Sequence record: OR532817.1
Direction: 5' to 3' (one strand)
DNA length: 64,000 nt
The notes beneath the pieces were generated by a model. It was not told the DNA's origin. It saw nothing but the letters and a program-made list of their open reading frames with translations, and did no database searches. This document shows positions 59,501-64,000 of the stretch, one piece after another (within the stretch, counting starts at the first letter, position 1; every line of letters starts with the position of its first letter). Both the position numbers and the translations under genes were made by a program.

Positions 59501-60485
59501 CTTTACCACTTTTAATTAATACAACATCACCATCAAGTGGTTCACCACTTACACGTTCTGGTGTTTCTTCATCTGGGTCTAATGCTAAACCATAAACGCG
59601 AGTACCATCCTGCATTTGGTTGATGTATACTTTATAAATTCTGTTATTTTCACCACTGTTACCAATGCTGGTAAAAAGAATACGCATTCCGTCTAATGGG
59701 ATTTGTCCATCAATACGAATACCCTGATTAATATCTTTTTGTACGATATCTTCTGGTTTTAATGAATCACTTAGTAGATCCACCACACCACGGAACTGTG
59801 TACCAAAATTGATTAGTTCGATATCTTTGTTATATTCAATAATTGGTACTTGTGCACGTACAAAACGATTATCATATGATAATTCATCATTCAGTACTGA
59901 ACCATCTGGTAAAGTATCACCAATGGTATACCAGAAGTTTTGTAATGACCATAAGTTTCCGTTTTTAGCATTACGTTGCATTACAACATAATCAGGACTA
60001 GTGATACCATATTCATTTTCAGTATCCCAAAGATATGAACTAAAATTAATCATTTTATTTGGATTAATTGGTGGAGTCCATGAATAAATTCTTGAATTAA
60101 ACAGTCGGCTTTGATTATCAGTAATTGCACCATAATGATTCATATAAGAAACCAGATCATCATAGAATTCAATACTACGAATACTTTGATCTACATTACG
60201 GGAGACATAAGCTGGAGATAACTGATATGCTTGACGTGGTTGTGTTGATTCATTAACGAAAATCTTACCACTCGCTGCTGGAGAACCCATATCACCAAGA
60301 TACCCATCAACTATTTTTTGTTCTGTGGGATTAAAGAATTGTTGAATAACATCATCACATACCTTTTGGATATCTTCCAAGCCTTGCATCCATTCTGGTA
60401 ATCTCTTAATGAACAACTTTTGTTGTACTGCTTCAGCCGTTTTTGTTGGTTGAAACTTAAAATCATTAGCCATGTTTAGCTCCAT
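50505..60485 (-). CDS. giant baseplate wedge/virion protein (gp7-like position), 3326 aa
   Basis: uninterrupted ORF downstream of gp6-like gene; EVKPYRTKIR, WVFKTS, DEWA-like (QEWAFKVGTYG) motifs; TAAATA 60512-17. Confidence 0.75.
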   Translation of the reverse strand: MELNMANDFKFQPTKTAEAVQQKLFIKRLPEWMQGLEDIQKVCDDVIQQFFNPTEQKIVDGYLGDMGSPAASGKIFVNESTQPRQAYQLSPAYVSRNVDQSIRSIEFYDDLVSYMNHYGAITDNQSRLFNSRIYSWTPPINPNKMINFSSYLWDTENEYGITSPDYVVMQRNAKNGNLWSLQNFWYTIGDTLPDGSVLNDELSYDNRFVRAQVPIIEYNKDIELINFGTQFRGVVDLLSDSLKPEDIVQKDINQGIRIDGQIPLDGMRILFTSIGNSGENNRIYKVYINQMQDGTRVYGLALDPDEETPERVSGEPLDGDVVLIKSGKVYGNTTMYWNGHNWIATQKKNGTNAFPLFQLYDRNGVKLQDSTVYPSSTFSGSSLFGLKINYNYKVDSYYGYNVELGDYNYYIYENFIESTRYEYISSGETKEIPGFYYYNIIGDEDSVLKTDWVRSTEFSKQFVKQTPQVERTDMYRVFSTVYEMESFSSQAIDGMYAYVIETNATYQYYKEESETYYDWHMVNTEGIQSELYNRSYELAQKVIDGSSDIIEIQVNGVVVEDYTRNVSNGKVQSITIGDSVDLDSESVIQIRTYSSTEVPDTDLGSYEIPVNLQNNPYSDNISYIDQSNYTLHFQEIVQKNITSGAVDNINNYEERLEQGLVDNAVGTKIIQNEGSLLPLMAHTANSDIDLFEALMFLQGEYLRFNNRFENYMLNMYKEDPSKFLSTSSSDICDAILSNINVGKDSTFAFYYDGVGSTTTTIRTFIPPTPQFMGVLKVHKPEKTVYLTAASKQVPYNIRHTGEITKSYRVINGVDKMDDVIYELENRIYNSIDNTFKDEDYQPELDSSDLFPTPYYRDTEYSAEERDELLLRGYINFIATNGIDSTTHNYDQQNWMTWNYSGTYYTVNGVITDFPARGSWRAIYTDQFGTYRPATHPWEMFGFGVRPTWWNQEYEPTEVQVGTNEDDILYVYEALVVNESGELVPSGLWDVNGVKGDASTGTILYGDRKGQHDKYKRFGTQPFVITKTGEYSTNGKEICTVDYIQPDVLGLVKGTIKERSAPWSYGDMGDNEFTYMNNAMFSYDVMMQIYRAKPAQFCNYFWDTLNDTLKTVKNGGLQLQYKETRTRLNFNSDTVVHGENNTRVLGYQMAVSNYLTYQSKNITSKYGDLVRTSYISIAHKLGGFTKSNELTFTSESFGLISQENQTIGLVRSNNIKNEVLSAVKITFNGSNYIIKGYDLVNATFTYKLPVKNGKKVTVTEGNRTVVHYMEWKEDDTLEYGSILNTFQDVYTFLCGYGQYLVEHGWIFEDVDDTGVQQDWSTIAKYFLQWSTTDLTIGDYISCTPSSKNAKFGTYFGSVQSISETNGGVWSLLDDDNSGIYPYEVETSRIGNVFTVRVNEDADKRMALVRLGVCSWEHAVVFDDKTIFGDSIYQPTFGSIQELVKMYGYITDNWVGRLQAPGFIILEAGTLPSFETLVTNFQHYYDSNDPVSDVQLYDLSTHVIGYQTRDYLQQMITNNPNRVDFYRGFIRDKGSNLVMERVLRVSKSYNTDEYKALQEWAFKVGTYGNVNAKKNLQFQLINSDFKQEPQLVTFNKDVNTSTSSTEIVYYGSQGEDSRWITRPKGKFRFPMRSGKSDNIHLPDIGPVNLNEVSYTTWTYQDSYEDRMNYIKNNGENPDSVWMFVDMNQEWNIFDLVDTGVSMLSITPIENTDTYAEQYCTVQLDAEAPLDDGDYYYFVDDTYFMPDALTVESQYFTAGDDKTKIVVPFDTSITINFTDPDTRPKLYKYTSRFSDTTERQAYIDKKYSFDVPDSTLFDRPSTYNSKTNITELYLNIFDPINGVLPGTAMKDVSYISPVDPAQYNSNGETLQAWGSEKVGQVWWDTSTAFYLDYTRPVLDENGDIDEDATNEYRRYNWGRLLPHSDINVLEWVKSPVQPYNWDKYCQEQTKNNKNNTMYIPSGTAIMDNYTSFIEYDETTDSYVTYYYFWVRDTIYVPPINTRSKSCTDIARIIKDPHLLDVPWFAPINENSFILSNMQYEITDDTSILTVSYHEDSVDIIKHEQYQLCKEGDSYNFNSDIWNSLWNSLKGHETTKSGVVNEIVYPDVELGLGSSKTWFMDLIEARRTFVDSANNYYKTQNIITDTVLMSEVFNVKTTEVNENSVTFRVLAYNNEFVVSTDFDKFDENDAVILSSTGVLPSPLDTTSVYFVHYDSNGYIRFMTTKSTDANPSTITLEGLGEGQHSMIKQSDYVESLGTSLDMTQYWEYADWYSDGYDENTDYTQEASLDIANTKNYQVGDVIRITDSDGWTMYVKTSSRNTVFWNAIGRQNSTIALNSSLYDGYEVYNSDGSLSNKEINVRSALDLIKNTFDLAQSNIVFDMVKYVHVEQGVVDWVFKTSYIYIVGLEQSLKQNYTNDELINQIIEYFNEVKPYRTKIRSQIEQKTSDTDYVYGVCNDLDPNGYEYNGTIWVKTQSDIWDYEYAEYNESTGQWVVVGSIPNDFVYPDRKFQEIDISMQFDNVQCQPDSDLYDVTSLEENNAKYVSNSDDNVQYYEIQRFKYTLPVVEVDEIYTQISVDMFELYSDFDTSLDLVDAINAWYKLNVDDAERTESFTSDLDRITSELYSTSNLTQDVRMYSQYNTLSNRLKLYSSMSSDVIHDTIGCGLSGEIYNDNPNTRLPFGFSSSSDFNMGYFEISEDLFAHYRELILEETPDADEETIRSVMEIEYGIYCFKYDIDSQGRYYKDAIHVLTAIRNTFDKDSDDPYAYAEDILNSNRKSMDIQAFVMIPRKYIRFNINGSYVSIPDDRSIDEYMEDLFITDGSVVTAVEIDMDDLEMDDNNPMYSDYMVVLEGIKGQKYYNDMNAYDNLGLESQYKTVALSYEGDLTESVFIDISELNPSANAISQMRFTVDGYSNDSTSLQQIKDFSRFQIEGFVVLNPYKRTEAIVSIPPYSLVQNYVNRTVIKKDSYNYISTIDSIISSTEFLMKNSNLNSGDKVMVFTPDGDDYYRYQNFTHELILSTDKIKENDRPIMFEVELNNGIYSLVDSNGNKLEFNNLTTNNTGEPYTKTSINVIRIRSFADHEFNNNGDLLYESIRNYRVDVMDYDVFYDISLNNGDYTDEIDPLDLDVWLISNELVETSDGVVDSGYFMPNTGVGTLDELVRIGTPESLEFTVYEYDVDDIKPVFDGVRWTYSYDLTDKVYIGDTTCTVTSVTKVENENTTYVVEPVSVGTYSVKDNIITGSTSYDDIIVLGYEKVHVRNNNNILRSDMYSAEHYFAKGETYTFTGINLGVELNFSVYKNYYKPIDVSVYANSLKIDGLVLNNLLNVI

Positions 60486-60523
60486 AAATTCTTTCTTATA
60501 TCATATGTTTTTATTTATTACAT

Positions 60524-60550
60524 AAAAAGGCGTCCACTGTGGACGCCTTA
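60524..60550 (-). terminator. intrinsic terminator
   Basis: AAGGCGTCC/GGACGCCTT with minus-strand T tract. Confidence 0.75.
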
Positions 60551-60552
60551 AA

Positions 60553-63500
60553 TTATGAACCAATATTGATATTAGTCTTAGCAAGGGATTTGACAATTTG
60601 TACATTATCAACTGTTGCAGTACTAATAAAAATCTGATCACTTTGAGATGGTATTTCAAATAAAGAACCAAATTTAGAATCTGGATTTTGTGATACAATA
60701 ACGATTGTACTAATATACCTACCTAAATTACTTTGAATATAAGTACACAAATCAGTATAATAGAAACTTTCACCAAAGTCCCAGTTATCTATACTGAAGT
60801 ATTCATTACAAAGAGAAATAACATTTTGTCTTATTTCATCATCACTCATAGTAGTATTTGGTAGTGGTACCACTTTGAAATCAGCCCTGTATGATTCATC
60901 TGCACTATCACCAAATAAAGGAAGATATCTTGCACTGTGCCAAATTAAACTATCACTGATTACACTCCTTAACTCAACATCGCTAAATGTTTGTTTAAGT
61001 TCAACTGAAGTTGGTGGTTTAGGAATAGTACCACTTGCACCATTCTTAATCCACAATTGTACTTCATCATGATAAGATGTTGTTAATACATACATATCAA
61101 TTAGGTTAGTTTTACTTGGATCTATGCGATTATCATCTGGTGCATAATGTTTCCAGTGGAAATATACACCGCTTCTTGCACCAACTTTAACATCGTATTG
61201 AGTACTTACATCATCATATCCATAATAACTGAGTTTTTGGTTTTCATCAACATCAGATGAGCCGTTATTCATAATAGCTCTATAAAACGCAGTTTCTGGT
61301 GTAATAGCCGAAGTATCATCAGATGAAGTCATATTTGTAATTAAATTATTAAGACGATCATTGTTATTTCCCACATTTTGTTCAATGAAGTAATAATTAT
61401 CATTGTACGCAAATCCAATAACAAAACCTGAACCTTTATTGAACAAATCACTCAATAAGGTACTTCTGATTTCCACGTTTCTGGTAAATTCTTTTCGTTT
61501 ATATGCATTGGTTTCTGCTAATGCATCAGAATTAGTATATTTCCATGAAGAATCTAATAAAGTAAAATCATCATCTGGTAAATTTAATGCTTCTACTGTG
61601 AAATCTTCATTTTGCTGGAATATCAAAATTGCACCATATTTTTTGAGATCAGTTGATTCCCAGTCCGGTACTATATTACTGAATTGATTTGGCTCAAGTG
61701 GGATACCATTGGTATCTATTTTAGTACTACTGATAACTACACGAGAACCATCTATATAACCATTATCCTGTTCAATATTATCAATAATCTGGAACTGGAT
61801 ATCACTAGACAGACCCAAATTACTGGTATCAGTAGTATTTGAACTTAAAATTGTTATTTTATCGTTCTGTACTGTACCACTGTTGATATCATTAATTTTA
61901 TTTGGGTTAACAAAATAAAAACGAACTTTAGAACCACCAACGAAGATATATTCAATACCATTTGATTCAAAACTCCATGATTCAGATGTGTACTTGATAT
62001 TAACCATTACTGGAACAGTAATACCCTGATATGAGATTTCTTCTTTATCAGTACTGATTTCAACTGGAACCCAGCGTGAAATAGATGTATCATAAATGAG
62101 TACAAAATCCGTTTTTTTATCCAGTTCAGCGGAAATAGATTGAATTTCGACTGAATTGAAACTAATTCGGTAAGGTTTGATATATTCCTGAATATACATA
62201 GATGTAGGAACAGTAGTACTTAAAATATAATACCCATTCTCAAGGACATTAGTGATACTACTCCATATCGTCGTGTTTCCATCAGTGAATAAAATTAAAG
62301 TACCAACTTGGTAATCATACAAGGTCTTTCCTGTACTATCAAGTATTTTACCATATGTATTGTTTGTATAATTTGAATTATATTCAGGAGTCCAGATATT
62401 TCTCAATTCAAGTGTGACAGTATTACTTGGATATGATTGATATTTCTGTATAACTGCATTTTCACCAATTAATGGTTGGATACTATCAACTACTATACTT
62501 GCATTTGGTTTAGATGTTGGCAATGATACTGTATTTTTATAAGTAACTTTATCTTTATACATACTACCATCATCACTGAATACATCAGTGTTTTGATATT
62601 TCCCGGTTGGGTCATTAATGTCAATGAATCGTGACTGACCACTATATATTCGGTTAATAGCTTTTGCTTTTTGAACCAAATTACCCTGACTTAATGGTGC
62701 AATATCATAATCCTCACCATTGACAAATCGGTTTTGGGTGTAATATAATTGTGGAGCACGAGCTTTAATCTGTTCCAGAGTTTCAGCACTTTGTGCACGA
62801 CTACTTTCGTACTGTAATGTAAATTTAACTTCAAGGATACTCTGTTCGTAGTTTGATTGTGCATTAGTTCTGTACTGATATTTTATACTTTTATTTTGGA
62901 TATCAGTTGTTTTAATACTGTATGTCATCCCATTACTAACACGATACCACGTTCTGAATGTTCCACGTGGAACAACACCACTTCTTGAATCAGGAAACTT
63001 AATACTAATTTGATCATTATCACGCGTGGTTACAGCGAAAATAGTTTGTTTTTTTCTGTCTACACTGTTATAAGCAACACTTTCCATTGCAGGAACTTTA
63101 GTCCATTTGGTTCTTACTAAACCGTCCTGATTAATTTCTTGTACCCAAACATCTGTTTCATTAATATTATTAACATTAATATCCTGTAAACGATTTTCAA
63201 TACTCACACTATAATCGAAGTCTTGTTTAGAAAGTGTGCCTTGTTTGAAATAAACGAAAAATCCAGTATTGATTGAATTAAAACCATTACCATCATTCTG
63301 ATAAATGATATATTTTTGTTCTTGTGGTTCAGGATGACGTTCATCGACACCAGAAGAGCTAATATCAGGGTTTACTACTTCAAATTTCATACTTTCACCA
63401 TTTACGTTTGCACTAAATGGGATAGCTGGTGATTGCATTTGATTAGTATTCATTTTATACAAATGAGTACTCAGCCCATTCACATTAGTTTTCTTAACTG

Positions 63501-64000
63501 GATTACCAAACTGGTTGGTACTCACAAAAACATTGTTCATAACCAGAATAAAGTTCTCGTACCAGTTAGGATCAGTAGGGTCATTCCATCTAATCGTTTT
63601 ATCTTTAAGTGATTTATTAAAACTATTTCGTACATCCTGGTTTGTTTTTATTTCAGTGACTTTAGCTAATGCACGACCTGGATATGAACGTCTTGGAGCA
63701 TAAGAGATCATTTTAGCAAGTTTAAGTACCGAAGCCCTGCGGGTTGCAGTATCCATAAAGTTTTCACGAGTGTTCATGTCCATACGAAATGCAAGGTTTT
63801 GACCAAGCATGGCAATCGTGTCCAGAATGAATAAAAATTCATCATTTGCAATCCAGTCATTGAATGTATCAGGATAGTTAGTACTAAGATAGTCAACCAT
63901 ACTTTGACGTATACTATCGAAATCATATGAATTCAATGAAATTTGATAAAAACTTTCATATATTTGCGACCAGTCTTCACCAGCGTATAAATTAGATTGT
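60553..64000 (-). CDS. baseplate wedge protein (gp6-like), 5' end just outside window
   Basis: YDFDSIRQSMVDYL, E+FMDTATRRASVLKLAK..SY.P, AETLEQIKARAP..Y.TQNR.V..EDY; frame stays open to the edge (QSNLYAGEDW). Confidence 0.88.
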   Translation of the reverse strand, partial: QSNLYAGEDWSQIYESFYQISLNSYDFDSIRQSMVDYLSTNYPDTFNDWIANDEFLFILDTIAMLGQNLAFRMDMNTRENFMDTATRRASVLKLAKMISYAPRRSYPGRALAKVTEIKTNQDVRNSFNKSLKDKTIRWNDPTDPNWYENFILVMNNVFVSTNQFGNPVKKTNVNGLSTHLYKMNTNQMQSPAIPFSANVNGESMKFEVVNPDISSSGVDERHPEPQEQKYIIYQNDGNGFNSINTGFFVYFKQGTLSKQDFDYSVSIENRLQDINVNNINETDVWVQEINQDGLVRTKWTKVPAMESVAYNSVDRKKQTIFAVTTRDNDQISIKFPDSRSGVVPRGTFRTWYRVSNGMTYSIKTTDIQNKSIKYQYRTNAQSNYEQSILEVKFTLQYESSRAQSAETLEQIKARAPQLYYTQNRFVNGEDYDIAPLSQGNLVQKAKAINRIYSGQSRFIDINDPTGKYQNTDVFSDDGSMYKDKVTYKNTVSLPTSKPNASIVVDSIQPLIGENAVIQKYQSYPSNTVTLELRNIWTPEYNSNYTNNTYGKILDSTGKTLYDYQVGTLILFTDGNTTIWSSITNVLENGYYILSTTVPTSMYIQEYIKPYRISFNSVEIQSISAELDKKTDFVLIYDTSISRWVPVEISTDKEEISYQGITVPVMVNIKYTSESWSFESNGIEYIFVGGSKVRFYFVNPNKINDINSGTVQNDKITILSSNTTDTSNLGLSSDIQFQIIDNIEQDNGYIDGSRVVISSTKIDTNGIPLEPNQFSNIVPDWESTDLKKYGAILIFQQNEDFTVEALNLPDDDFTLLDSSWKYTNSDALAETNAYKRKEFTRNVEIRSTLLSDLFNKGSGFVIGFAYNDNYYFIEQNVGNNNDRLNNLITNMTSSDDTSAITPETAFYRAIMNNGSSDVDENQKLSYYGYDDVSTQYDVKVGARSGVYFHWKHYAPDDNRIDPSKTNLIDMYVLTTSYHDEVQLWIKNGASGTIPKPPTSVELKQTFSDVELRSVISDSLIWHSARYLPLFGDSADESYRADFKVVPLPNTTMSDDEIRQNVISLCNEYFSIDNWDFGESFYYTDLCTYIQSNLGRYISTIVIVSQNPDSKFGSLFEIPSQSDQIFISTATVDNVQIVKSLAKTNINIGS

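Overview
AT-rich (~30% GC by eye) 64-kb segment of a T4-superfamily jumbo myovirus, most likely the GAP32/RAK2/PBECO4/121Q-like group infecting enterobacteria (inferred from gene content and E. coli-like Cca/ClpA). 1-18 kb is a + strand accessory region: nucleotidyltransferase, 2OG-Fe(II) oxygenase, ACP-like protein, spanins, HNH nuclease, ferritin-like protein, thymidine kinase, 2H phosphoesterase, LysM-lysozyme, CCA enzyme, Nudix, glutaredoxin, macrodomain and a Pth2-like protein. It is interrupted by a ~1-kb non-coding island (6.2-7.2 kb) holding a candidate structured RNA and a cluster of GAA-capped hairpins. 18-32 kb holds neck, tail sheath, tube paralogs, head-completion and acidic head-like proteins plus a free-standing Hef-like endonuclease. 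32-39 kb holds a MoxR-type AAA+/VWA-metallopeptidase pair and thyA split by a group I intron with a GIY-YIG endonuclease. 39-64 kb holds virion genes (gp15-, gp14-, gp6-like and a 3326-aa wedge protein) and a ClpA homolog. The palindrome AGTACT is about ten-fold over-represented in the first 10 kb and frequent throughout. No CRISPR array, tRNA or rRNA was recognised. All calls come from reading the sequence; no searches were run.
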